From positions 68,349,294 to 68,395,294 of the forward strand of contig NC_068991.1 in NCBI RefSeq assembly GCF_001194135.2: a stretch of DNA of 46,001 nt, read 5' to 3'. This stretch comes from Octopus bimaculoides (lineage: Eukaryota). Of the stretch, positions 1-11,164 are shown piece by piece. The translations under genes were made by a program, and so were the position numbers. The notes below the pieces were generated by a model. That model searched no databases and was not told the DNA's origin. It was given only the letters and a program-made list of their open reading frames with translations. The first letter of the stretch is position 1, and each line of letters opens with the position of its first letter.

Positions 1-86
1 CGCTTGCGTGCGTGTGTGTTTCTGTTTGTGTGCTCGCATCTGCATGTGGGTATGCACGTCTATTTGTTTTTTGTGTGTGTGCGTGC

Positions 87-123
<37 letters not shown>

Positions 124-193
124 CTTGTGTGTGTGCATCTGTGTGCGTGCCTGTGTGTGTGCATATGTGTGTGTGTGTGTGTGTTTGTGTGTT
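1..193. repeat. (GT)n/(GTGC)n imperfect microsatellite
   Basis: Directly visible dinucleotide array; the VCVC ORFs are artefacts of it. Confidence 0.95.
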
Positions 194-494
194 GATATTT
201 TTTGGTAAATAAATTGTGAAGAGGTCAACTGTAAAAGTTTCCAAGATTTCGGCGATAAACGCATGAAGAGGCATTCTATTCATTTGGAGAAGCGATCAGC
301 GGCTAGATTATTAGCTAAATAACAAAACAGATAAACCAATAAAGAAAGAAGGAAACTCACAAACAAGCACAAAAATCAAAGAGAAACTAAAGGACACTTC
401 AATGGAAACGAAGTCCTTCAACAATAAACTTTCTCTGATGATAATCTTTTGAAAGCATTGTTTCAAAAAAATCGGAATCAGAAACAATTATGAT

Positions 495-542
495 GATAAC
501 AAACAATAACAATACGAACAAAAACTATGATGATGGTGATGA

Positions 543-573
<31 letters not shown>

Positions 574-653
574 GGTGGTGATGGTGGTGGTGACGATGAT
601 GACGAGGATAATAATAATAACAATAATAATGGCGGTGAACACAAACATAAAGT

Positions 654-684
<31 letters not shown>
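495..684. repeat. Compound (GAT)/(GGT)/(AAT)n plus (AT)n microsatellite running into the gap 685-1420
   Basis: Visible triplet arrays abutting N-run. Confidence 0.9.
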
Positions 685-1774
685 NNNNNNNNNNNNNNNN
701 NNNNNNNNNNNNNNNNNNNNNNNNNNNNNNNNNNNNNNNNNNNNNNNNNNNNNNNNNNNNNNNNNNNNNNNNNNNNNNNNNNNNNNNNNNNNNNNNNNNN
801 NNNNNNNNNNNNNNNNNNNNNNNNNNNNNNNNNNNNNNNNNNNNNNNNNNNNNNNNNNNNNNNNNNNNNNNNNNNNNNNNNNNNNNNNNNNNNNNNNNNN
901 NNNNNNNNNNNNNNNNNNNNNNNNNNNNNNNNNNNNNNNNNNNNNNNNNNNNNNNNNNNNNNNNNNNNNNNNNNNNNNNNNNNNNNNNNNNNNNNNNNNN
1001 NNNNNNNNNNNNNNNNNNNNNNNNNNNNNNNNNNNNNNNNNNNNNNNNNNNNNNNNNNNNNNNNNNNNNNNNNNNNNNNNNNNNNNNNNNNNNNNNNNNN
1101 NNNNNNNNNNNNNNNNNNNNNNNNNNNNNNNNNNNNNNNNNNNNNNNNNNNNNNNNNNNNNNNNNNNNNNNNNNNNNNNNNNNNNNNNNNNNNNNNNNNN
1201 NNNNNNNNNNNNNNNNNNNNNNNNNNNNNNNNNNNNNNNNNNNNNNNNNNNNNNNNNNNNNNNNNNNNNNNNNNNNNNNNNNNNNNNNNNNNNNNNNNNN
1301 NNNNNNNNNNNNNNNNNNNNNNNNNNNNNNNNNNNNNNNNNNNNNNNNNNNNNNNNNNNNNNNNNNNNNNNNNNNNNNNNNNNNNNNNNNNNNNNNNNNN
1401 NNNNNNNNNNNNNNNNNNNTATATATACATGTATATATGTATGCATGGATACATGGAAAAGGACGTAGGTACATAAATAAAGATAGAGAGGCGAATAGAG
1501 AAGTCGGAGTGCGATAGAGAGTGATAGGGAGAGTGAGAGGAAGAAAGAGGGAGTCAGAGTGAGCCAGAGGGAAAGCATGAAAAGGAATGGAGTGGGGGGG
1601 GGGGCAGAAAAGACCTGAAAGGCTAAGAAGAGTTGATAAAAAAAATTGAGTGGAGATTAGTGAAAGTCAAAACAGCAGCAGAGAATGTGAGTGAAAAAAA
1701 TATGTCCGGACATTTGACGATAACAAGTTAGAGAAGGATAGATAGATGCGTAGACACTGAAATATGGAGAGAGA

Positions 1775-1782
1775 AGAAGAGA

Positions 1783-1856
<74 letters not shown>
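1775..1856. repeat. (GA)n microsatellite
   Basis: Long uninterrupted GA run. Confidence 0.95.
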
Positions 1857-1861
<5 letters not shown>

Positions 1862-2287
1862 GAGCGATAGGGAGAGAGAGAAAGAGGGAGAGAGCGTGGG
1901 AGATACAGAGAGCGAGAGAAGGAGAAGAGGAAGAAGGTGAACGTGAAAGCTTGATGAGAGAATGAAAAGAAAAAGTACGAGATGGGTGCTCGCACACAAA
2001 CACAGACACACACAACATATACAAGCACATACACACACACAGACACACACACACATACGCACACACGCACACACGAACACAAATACACTCTAGAAATACA
2101 TTCTAGCAAATACTCACTAACATAAAGATATACACACTCACATGCGTTATATATATATTTGTATATAATATACATTATATATATATATGTATATATATAT
2201 TTGAATAATATACATCATCTGTCTATCTAACTATCGCTCCATCTATACACACATCCTCACATGTTGTCACCTTTATTAGAAAAAATC

Positions 2288-2430
2288 CCCAAACCTCAAG
2301 ACTTGTTCTTTGTAAGCCTAAAACTTATTCGATCGGTCTCTTTTGCAGAACGGCTAAGTTACGGGGACGTAAACACACTACCATCGGTGTCAAGCGATGG
2401 TAGGGGTGGGGACAAACACAGGCGTACAAA
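2288..2430 (-). mobile_element. SINE family A, 3' half
   Basis: Aligns by eye to 42225-42360 (cttattc...ctaagttacggggacgtaaacac...ggggacaaacacag), followed by the family's internal microsatellite. Confidence 0.85.
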
Positions 2431-2562
2431 TACATACATACACACATACATACATAGATACATACATACATACATACATACATATATGTAAGTATTTATA
2501 TATGTAAATATAAATAGATGACTAGATAGATATGTACGTACATATATGTGCATTTGTATACA

Positions 2563-2601
<39 letters not shown>

Positions 2602-3395
2602 NNNNNNNNNNNNNNNNNNNNNNNNNNNNNNNNNNNNNNNNNNNNNNNNNNNNNNNNNNNNNNNNNNNNNNNNNNNNNNNNNNNNNNNNNNNNNNNNNNN
2701 NNNNNNNNNNNNNNNNNNNNNNNNNNNNNNNNNNNNNNNNNNNNNNNNNNNNNNNNNNNNNNNNNNNNNNNNNNNNNNNNNNNNNNNNNNNNNNNNNNNN
2801 NNNNNNNNNNNNNNNNNNNNNNNNNNNNNNNNNNNNNNNNNNNNNNNNNNNNNNNNNNNNNNNNNNNNNNNNNNNNNNNNNNNNNNNNNNNNNNNNNNNN
2901 NNNNNNNNNNNNNNNNNNNNNNNNNNNNNNNNNNNNNNNNNNNNNNNNNNNNNNNNNNNNNNNNNNNNNNNNNNNNNNNNNNNNNNNNNNNNNNNNNNNN
3001 NNNNNNNNNNNNNNNNNNNNNNNNNNNNNNNNNNNNNNNNNNNNNNNNNNNNNNNNNNNNNNNNNNNNNNNNNNNNNNNNNNNNNNNNNNNNNNNNNNNN
3101 NNNNNNNNNNNNNNNNNNNNNNNNNNNNNNNNNNNNNNNNNNNNNNNNNNNNNNNNNNNNNNNNNNNNNNNNNNNNNNNNNNNNNNNNNNNNNNNNNNNN
3201 NNNNNNNNNNNNNNNNNNNNNNNNNNNNNNNNNNNNNNNNNNNNNNNNNNNNNNNNNNNNNNNNNNNNNNNNNNNNNNNNNNNNNNNNNNNNNNNNNNNN
3301 NNNNNNNNNNNNNNNNNNNNNNNNNNNNNNNNNNNNNNNNNNNNNNNNNNNNNNNNNNNNNNNNNNNNNNNNNNNNNNNNNNNNNNNNNNNNNNN

Positions 3396-3580
3396 GTTTT
3401 TGTGTCAATGTTTGTCCCCCCTTCATTCACAAACGGTGTTGGTGTGTTTACATCGACATAGGCTAACGGTTCACCGAATAAGACAGTTAAAATAAGTACT
3501 AGGATCCAGAAATAAGTTATGGGGGTATCTTTTTTATGACTAGAACCCATCAAGGCGGTGCTCCAGCATGGCCACAAGTC
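3396..3580 (+). mobile_element. SINE family A, 3' half (diverged)
   Basis: tgtttgtcccc...ggtgtgtttac...aataagtactagg...ggcggtgctccagcatggcca matches 35530-35650 and the reverse complement of 42150-42350. Confidence 0.8.
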
Positions 3581-3628
3581 ATATATCTGTATGCATGGAT
3601 GTATATGTTATATATGTAAACCTATCTA

Positions 3629-3697
<69 letters not shown>

Positions 3698-4735
3698 GTG
3701 TCTGTTTGTCTACTCTGTCTCTGTCTATCTGTGTATAAATCCGTGCGTGTGTCTTCACGAACTGTTTTTCCTTGTTACAACAATGGCTATGTAAAAATAT
3801 AAAGAAACGCATTAACAAACTTGCAGTGACTAAATTCTTCAAATATAGATACACACATACACACACACATATATGTATGTATGTATGTGGACACTTACAT
3901 TTATTTATGTAGAAACCTAAGTCAAAAAAGTGACGAAGTTGAGTTAAAAGTGTTGGAAGACTTTACATTTCACAACCATTTTGTTGAGATTTAAGAGAAC
4001 GTAATAAAAAATAAACTACGATGTTGACATCTTATTGGTTGTTATTTGAATTACTTTGTTTACAGTCATAACGTACATGTTAGATTAATGTATGGCATTT
4101 TCACTTTGGAGCGGTAGACAACAAGACTAGTCTGTGGTGCAGCAATGTTCAGACATATACGCTCGTACAAAGATGCACGCATACACACATCTACGTACGT
4201 GCACACAGAAGCACATTCTGTCACACGTACAGGAATATATATNNNNNNNNNNNNNNNNNNNNNNNNNNNNNNNNNNNNNNNNNNNNNNNNNNNNNNNNNN
4301 NNNNNNNNNNNNNNNNNNNNNNNNNNNNNNNNNNNNNNNNNNNNNNNNNNNNNNNNNNNNNNNNNNNNNNNNNNNNNNNNNNNNNNNNNNNNNNNNNNNN
4401 NNNNNNNNNNNNNNNNNNNNNNNNNNNNNNNNNNNNNNNNNNNNNNNNNNNNNNNNNNNNNNNNNNNNNNNNNNNNNNNNNNNNNNNNNNNNNNNNNNNN
4501 NNNNNNNNNNNNNNNNNNNNNNNNNNNNNNNNNNNNNNNNNNNNNNNNNNNNNNNNNNNNNNNNNNNNNNNNNNNNNNNNNNNNNNNNNNNNNNNNNNNN
4601 NNNNNNNNNNNNNNNNNNNNNNNNNNNNNNNNNNNNNNNNNNNNNNNNNNNNNNNNNNNNNNNNNNNNNNNNNNNNNNNNNNNNNNNNNNNNNNNNNNNN
4701 NNNNNNNNNNNNNNNNNNNNNNNNNNNNNNNNNNN

Positions 4736-4792
<57 letters not shown>

Positions 4793-4807
4793 CCACGCAC
4801 ACATACA

Positions 4808-4963
4808 TACGACGTGCTTCTTTCAGTTTCTGTCTACTAAATCCACTCACAAGGATTCGGTAGGTCCGAGGTTACAATAGAAGATACTTGCCCAAGGTGC
4901 CACGCAGTGTGACTGAACTCGGAACCATGTGGTTGGGAATAAAGCTTCTTACCACACAGCCAC
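4808..4963 (-). mobile_element. SINE family A, tRNA-derived head and central domain
   Basis: Reverse complement of the 35312-35475 head (gtggctgtgtgg...ccacatggttcc...ggcaccttgggcaag). Confidence 0.9.
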
Positions 4964-4972
4964 ACAGTGTTG

Positions 4973-5150
4973 TCTTTTACTTGTTACAGTCATTAGACTG
5001 TGGCCATGCTGGGTCACCAGCTTGAAGGGCTTCAGCCGAATGAATCGACCCTAGTACTTATCTTTTTCAAAGTGTGTCAGTTATCCTACCGAGCACTTTT
5101 GACGGACCGTTAGGTTAAAAAGGCGTAAACAAAACAACAACGGTTGTCAG
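4973..5150 (-). mobile_element. SINE family A, 3' tail (diverged)
   Basis: ttttacttgttacagtcattagactgtggccatgctgg is the reverse complement of the family 3' end. Confidence 0.75.
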
Positions 5151-5164
5151 ATACACACGCATAG

Positions 5165-5201
<37 letters not shown>

Positions 5202-5485
5202 TATATGTATATATAAAATTTATATATATATATTTAACTTATGTATATAGATATATATATATATCAAATGGAAATGATATGCGAGAATTTATACCTATCT
5301 CTCTCCCTCTCTATCTATCTATCTATCTATAAATACAAGCAAACACACACACACACACACATACATGTATATATACACTTAGATAACTTAGATATGTTTC
5401 GACCAATGATTGGTAAAGGCCATATCTAACATAATGGCACCAGACAGACACACACACATACACAACACGTGTACATAGACACACC

Positions 5486-5529
<44 letters not shown>

Positions 5530-5532
<3 letters not shown>

Positions 5533-5705
5533 CTCCCTTTCCGTATTTTTGTTTTCTCTCCATATTTTTCCTCCCAATCCTTTCTGTCGAAGAGCGTATG
5601 CTCGAAACGTCAAAGACTTTTCCATTCTTCCCGAGCGTTAAACTTATACACCTGGTTCTTGTTCCCTCACCTGTCTTCGTCTCCTGTTTTTTTTTGCAAA
5701 TCTGA
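5530..5705 (+). mobile_element. Short Penelope-like (PLE-type) repeat carrying a hammerhead motif, between two (CA)n tracts
   Basis: Homologous to the reverse complement of 8831-8962 (shared ttcccgagcgtta...cacctgtcttcgtct tail). Confidence 0.7.
5580..5615 (+). ncRNA. Minimal type-I hammerhead ribozyme motif, variant core CUGUCGAA
   Basis: cttt-CTGTCGAA-GAGC-gtat-GCTC-GAA-ACGT-C-aaag: stem I cttt/aaag, stem II GAGC/GCTC, palindromic ACGT stem III, GUC cleavage triplet. Confidence 0.7.
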
Positions 5706-6313
5706 ACCACACACATACGCGCGCACGCACACACGCACACATTCACACACACATCTGTATGTGTGTATTTTGCATTTCCCATTATATATTTATTTATCCA
5801 TATATATACATTTACTTCTATACAAATATTGTTTCTCTCACACACACGCACGCCCATACACACACACACATATATATGTATACCACCTGTTGGAATATGC
5901 TCTGTAATGTTAAAAACTAATGTTTTCGGAATCATACCATTGTACCACTAGTAAAAAGAAAAAAAAACATAATTATAAGTAAAGAAAAAGAAATAATGAT
6001 TCCGAGAAAGAAAAATTGCATATGTGTGACACTAAAGAAATATTCATTAACTCCGTAAATAACAAAATAATTATCTTTCAATTCCGAGTAAATTTTCTCA
6101 AATTGTAAATAAATAAATAAGTAAAAAGAAAAGAAAATGAATTTAAATGTTTCGTATTGTTTTTACCCTTCCCATAATCCTCCCTTTTTTTGTTCTCTCG
6201 CTCGTCTTACTTTCTATGTTTATATGTTTATTTTCCTTCGGTGCATCCATAGATTATTAAATCAATGACTGTTTGTTTGTTTTTAAGTAGGTACAATTAA
6301 TGTTTTAACTTAG

Positions 6314-6377
6314 ATTAGTGTCGTCGTAGTCATCAGCCAAGATATTCAATTTCGAAAGCAATGTGGAAATTCTTCAG
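6314..6377 (+). CDS. Candidate small exon (ISVVVVISQDIQFRKQCGNSS), product unknown
   Basis: tgttttaacttag acceptor, CAG|GTAGGT donor, one open frame. No homology recognised. Confidence 0.15.
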
Positions 6378-6667
6378 GTAGGTCTATTTTATTAAGGCTT
6401 CTAACTGTTGTTGTTGTTGTTCTTTTTCATCATCATCATCATCATCNNNNNNNNNNNNNNNNNNNNNNNNNNCTTCTTCTTCTTCTTCTTCTTCTTCTTC
6501 CTCCTCCTCCTCCTGAGGAGTCCCTAATTTTAATACTGAAAGTGTTTAACACTCTTTAAATACCAGAGGCCTGTCGACGGAGAACTTAGTCCGCACAATA
6601 TCAAGGTATGGTATAATAAATATGTAACATATAGTAACATTATAAAGAGGGCAAATTTATATATGAA

Positions 6668-6780
6668 AAGCTTCTTTCAGTTTCTGTTTACCAAATCGAC
6701 TAACAAGGCTTTGGTCGTTCTGTGATTATAGCAGAAGACACTTGCCCAAGGTGCCACGCAGTGTGACTCAACCTGGAACT
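6668..6780 (-). mobile_element. SINE family A, central domain fragment
   Basis: gcttctttcagtttc...gacacttgcccaaggtgccacgcag, as in 4815-4920. Confidence 0.85.
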
Positions 6781-7589
6781 GAACTTACGAGAGCTTTACA
6801 GCTGCAAGACGATGAGCCTGGAACCGACCAGTTTAATTATTAACAATTCAAGTGCCACTCACCTCTGCCTCTATTGGTCTACCGTTATCAATACCTAACT
6901 ACGATTTTTGAGTGTTTTTCCTCAAAAAATTGGCAGGAAATCCTTTTGCATTCATTTCTCCCTGATGGATAGAGTCACAATCAGCCGGGAACTGCAAAAG
7001 AATCAGTTTGACTGCAAACATCGGCTACAGAATTCGGTCTCGCAGAAATCAATAAACATGACTTTAGGAAGTAGCTGAAATAAAGATTATTTTCTTCTGT
7101 AGGAACAAACCTGATTGTAACTTGTTCTGCATCGCCCACTCCAATAATTCCCTGATAATGCGGCCTACTTAATTGTATAGTCCATTGATAAAGATTTCTC
7201 TACTGAATGCAATCAGTTTTAAGAGGATCTAACATTTAACAGTATAGCGCTAAAGAACTGAGTAAGAGACACAATGGGGTACTTTAATGGGAATTTACTG
7301 ATTTTTCTTCCTGTATTGTAAACTGATAATATTGGTATTGTTACAATCAAAATTGGTTTCGATTATACAATGAAGATATATTCGTATTCTAATTACTAAC
7401 TGCTTATAAAATAGATTCCAAATAACGAAATATAAAGCAAAGCAATCTTTAGTTATAATTCTGAATGAAGCTGTGCATATCTATGTATCTGATGGTACAT
7501 ATACATACATGTGGAACAATAAGAATGACTGCTCAACACCGCATTAGTAGATAAAAATTCTTTTGGAATAAAACACGTGCTTTAATCCA

Positions 7590-7830
7590 AAATGGAGACG
7601 AACACCCTTCCTCCATGTGATAGTTCAAAAAAAGGAAAAAGACAAAAAAACAACAACAAAAAACCACAACGTGAGGACGTGATACAGATTGTGTTACTAG
7701 ACGCTCGGGAAAGGAATGAGAGAGAGTATGACGTTTCGAGTGGAGCTCTTCGTCGGAAACAAGGAAAGTCCAAAGAAGGGAAAAACGGAGGAAGAAAAAA
7801 TCGGAGGAAGAAAAAATATATATATATACG
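7590..7830 (-). mobile_element. Second PLE-type hammerhead-bearing repeat subfamily
   Basis: Contains a hammerhead motif and the same downstream ttcccgagcgt motif as the 5580 and 8920 copies; abuts an (AT)n tract. Boundaries approximate. Confidence 0.55.
7726..7760 (-). ncRNA. Minimal type-I hammerhead motif, core CCGACGAA (degenerate)
   Basis: Minus strand gttt-CCGACGAA-GAG-ctcca-CTC-GAA-ACGT-C-atac; stem I has one mismatch. Confidence 0.6.
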
Positions 7831-7939
7831 ACGGACCCTCCCGTCAAAGACGCTCAGTTTTTGCCGAACGATGATTTGTTTATCGTGATCAAACGTATGT
7901 GCTGTACAATAACTCAATCCTTCCATAAAACTGAGTTAC

Positions 7940-8111
7940 CTGAACAGGTGCACAGTGTACCATACATTAGGTGTCGAAGGTGAAGGTCTTGGTTTTCTTA
8001 CTCTTCTTTTCTCTCTTCTCGTCCCACTTTTTGCGTCAGCCATCGCGTGTTTTCTTAATTCTATTCTCCAGCATCCTCCTTTTCGAAAACATCTAAACAT
8101 AAGCACTGAGC
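7940..8111 (-). CDS. Candidate exon, phase 1 to 2 (SVLMFRCFRKGGCWRIELRKHAMADAKSGTRREKRRVRKPRPSPSTPNVWYTVHLF), product unknown
   Basis: tctttcag|G acceptor, CAG|GTAACT donor, non-repetitive, single open frame. The opposite strand also has an open frame and an ATG|GTATGT donor at 8137, so the strand is ambiguous. Confidence 0.35.
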
Positions 8112-8185
8112 CTGAAAGATTGCTTGAAAGACACATGGTATGTTATATAAATCTGCCTAATTATTATATTTCTAAAGTATGAGAC

Positions 8186-8339
8186 TGTTATGTCTCAAGC
8201 TACTGCTGTCTAGCACCTTCGGATGATCTCTGTTCAACCGCTACACGACGGCTACTCAACTGTCAGTCCACGGTCAGACTACCTCTATTTATATGTCTTG
8301 GTCGAGCCTACTTCTTCGCTTGGGGGCGTCGACAGAACA
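8186..8339 (-). mobile_element. Solo LTR (154 bp)
   Basis: Termini TGTTATGTC...GACAGAACA form an inverted repeat; 5-bp TSD gagac/gaggc (1 mismatch); TATAAATA on the minus strand; homologous to 25909-26073. Confidence 0.8.
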
Positions 8340-8830
8340 GAGGCTATTAGAAGCTCTTTTGTAAAATGTGTATATTAAATGATATTTATCTCTCACTGGA
8401 TGGAGTAGCTGTGAAAGACTAATTCTTCGATATTCAGAGTCGTGGTTCGACGCGATGAACTGCAAAGAAAAATATAAGGAATATAGTGCTGCTATGAAAA
8501 TGATTTCTGTTATTTATCAGAAACGTAACATAAACTATTTGTGTGGTCCTTTTGTTTTCCAAAGATGGCAGNNNNNNNNNNNNNNNNNNNNNNNNNNNNN
8601 NNNNNNNNNNNNNNNNNNNNNNNNNNNNNNNNNNNNNNNNNNNNNNNNNNNNNNNNNNNNNNNNNNNNNNNNNNNNNNNNNNNNNNNNNNNNNNNNNNNN
8701 NNNNNNNNNNNNNNNNNNNNNNNNNNNNNNNNNNNNNNNNNNNNNNNNNNNNNNNNNNNNNNNNNNNNNNNNNNNNNNNNNNNNNNNNNNNNNNNNNNNN
8801 NNNNNNNNNATATATATATATATATATATA

Positions 8831-8962
8831 GGGAGAATTCGCGAAAAAACAACAGACGAAGACAGGTGGTGTAAACAACAAATGGATGTATTAGTATAAC
8901 GCTCGGGAATAGAGAAAGACTTTAACGTTTCGAGCCTACGCTCTTCAACAGAAAGGAACACA
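8831..8962 (-). mobile_element. PLE-type hammerhead-bearing repeat, same family as 5530-5705
   Basis: Reverse complement aligns to 5575-5700; ends in (AT)n next to a gap. Confidence 0.7.
8920..8955 (-). ncRNA. Minimal type-I hammerhead motif, variant core CUGUUGAA
   Basis: Minus strand cttt-CTGTTGAA-GAGC-gtag-GCTC-GAA-ACGT-T-aaag. Confidence 0.7.
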
Positions 8963-8991
8963 GCGATCTATCATGACGAATGCCGGACATA

Positions 8992-9207
8992 CAAGGGGGT
9001 ACTGAAAAGTTCCTGACTTTGGGTAAAAGAAAATACGGGTGGATCAGTTAATTATGATTTTATTCAACATATTCCCTTTCAGATACACACACATATCGCA
9101 GCATTCCTTCAGCTTTTCTAAGTCCTATAAAAGAACTTGGGACGTTGGGCCTCCAACCAAGCCTTTCGTGATACCCATAAAGCCAGGACCTTTACAGCAC
9201 CTCCTCA
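8992..9207. mobile_element. Mariner-derived MITE (about 216 bp)
   Basis: TA-flanked imperfect ~28-bp TIRs (caagggggtactgaaaagttcctgactt / aagccaggacctttacagcacctcctca); the minus strand ends ...gaatatgttgaataa (EYVE*), like mariner transposase C-termini. Confidence 0.8.
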
Positions 9208-10185
9208 TATATACTAATTTATAGCTGCACAGCAAACGTTAAAGTTATAGTTACACGTGATCTGTCTAAACTAAAAGAATTCAGTTATTTTATTCCTGCT
9301 CGGAAATCGATGCATGTTGGTTACATAAATCATAATTAATATGCATCTTTCCTTGGAGAAACAAATATATGTCCTCTTAATCACTTTTCTTTTTCAATAC
9401 TGAAACAATTATCTACGATACTTTGATCATTACATCATCACTATAAAGGAACATTTAGACATCGAGTGCCAACATTATATCGGCTGAAGGAAAACAAAGT
9501 TATTTAAATTATACTTCGTTTTTCAGAAATATAAAGGAAAAAATCGCCTCCAGACTATTAAACTGTACTTGGAAATTGAAGAACCGATACAAATTTTGGT
9601 ATTCACTGACATATTTTTGAATGATATAAGCTGTAGATAAACGTGACAGACTCTGCAAATTAAGCAGTTTTCAGAAAAAATTCTTACTTAAGAATCTTAA
9701 TCATATGATGAATATTTAAACGTCAAATTCAAGATATTTAATAGATGTAGATATCTAAAATTGTTTCTTTAGATATCTTGGCAGAACATAAGTTCACATG
9801 ATTGAGGACGTTTACCATATAATGAAGCATCATGAAAACATGCATACGTGTATATATAATTTATTTAAACTTCAGAATCTGAGAGATTAACAAACAGTAA
9901 TGCGTAATTTAATAATGTAACTGACGTCAAAAAAGTCAAAACACAAGACCAGAATATTCTGTAAAATACTCTATTACTTTATTATATTATGCAAATATGT
10001 AAATACATACAAAATTTATTATCAATTATGTTTTGATTTTATTCGTTTCCAGATTCTATATAGTTAAAATCAAATCTAGGGTAGGGAAAACGTTAGGCTG
10101 TCTAACACTGTATTATCATAAGTTCATATTACTATATCCTAGTAGTACAGTTTTTAGAAAAAATTTATTTCATTCTTTTTTGTAG

Positions 10186-10221
10186 TTCGTCCGATGATTG
10201 CTACATCGCAAAGCCTATCCT
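10186..10221 (+). CDS. Candidate 36-nt micro-exon (SSDDCYIAKPI or RPMIATSQSLS)
   Basis: Strong acceptor tttatttcattcttttttgtag and donor CT|GTGAGT; two frames open. No homology recognised. Confidence 0.25.
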
Positions 10222-10278
10222 GTGAGTATGAAACCCCAAGTGATGTAAGAAAAATTTGCTCTAATCTGCTCTAGATCT

Positions 10279-10666
10279 GTTGTTGTTGGCACTCCGTCGC
10301 TTACGAGGTTGAGGGTTCCAGTTGATCCGATCAACGGAACAGCCTGCTCGTGAAATTAACGTGCAAGTGGCTGAGCACTCCACAGACACGTGTACCCTAT
10401 CGTAGTTCTCAGGGAGATTCAGCGTGACACAGAGTGTGACAAGGCTGGCCCTTTGAATTACAGGCACAACAGAGACAGGAAGAAAGAGTGAGAGAAGGTT
10501 GTGGTGGAAGAGTACAGCAGGGTTCACCACCATCCCCTGCCGGAGCTTCGTGGAGTTTTAGGTGTTTTCGCTCAATAAACACTCACAACGCCCGGTCTGG
10601 GAATCGAAACCGCGATCCTATGACCGCGAGTCTGCTGCCCTAACCACTGGGCCATTGCGCCTCCAC
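10279..10666 (-). mobile_element. Full-length SINE family C (tRNA-like head, (CAA)n tail)
   Basis: Head gtggaggcgcaaTGGCCCAGTGG...GTTTCGATTCC (A/B boxes), (caa)n tail, 12-bp TSD tgctctagatct/tgctctaaatct. Confidence 0.92.
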
Positions 10667-11107
10667 TGCTCTAAATCTATATACATACGTACACACACAT
10701 GCAAATATGTACGTGTACACATACAAAGCGCGCGCGCACAGACATATTTTCCGTCAGATACCTAGAAGTGCATATATATTGAGAATTTGAGCAAGAGACC
10801 GCTTTTCGTTAATTCCAATCTATTTTGTACAAGGAAATATATGTATATATACTTACAATGACACACTTACACACTCAGACGCATACGTACTTATATATGT
10901 GCACACGCATACCCAGGCACACGCACTCGTATATAGTTGATAAAAAGATAATATTTTAAATATGGTGTGTATATTCTTTTAATCATTATATATGAGCTCA
11001 CAGCATAAGTGTATATTTTCGTTGCACACATGGCGCTTCTGCGGTAATAAGAACTTGGTGAGGTCATCCTATCAAATTTTAAAAAGCATAAGCAAACACA
11101 TACCTAA

Positions 11108-11164
<57 letters not shown>

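Noticed and set aside
6780-7250. Stop-interrupted frames, including an Ig-like GTNLIVTCSASP after a plus-strand acceptor
   Set aside because: Immediate stop codon and no recognisable family.
10590-10666. tRNA gene (Arg-like), likewise the heads at 16858, 35312, 13075 and 35930
   Set aside because: A/B boxes are present, but there is no complete cloverleaf and the better-preserved heads continue into SINE bodies.
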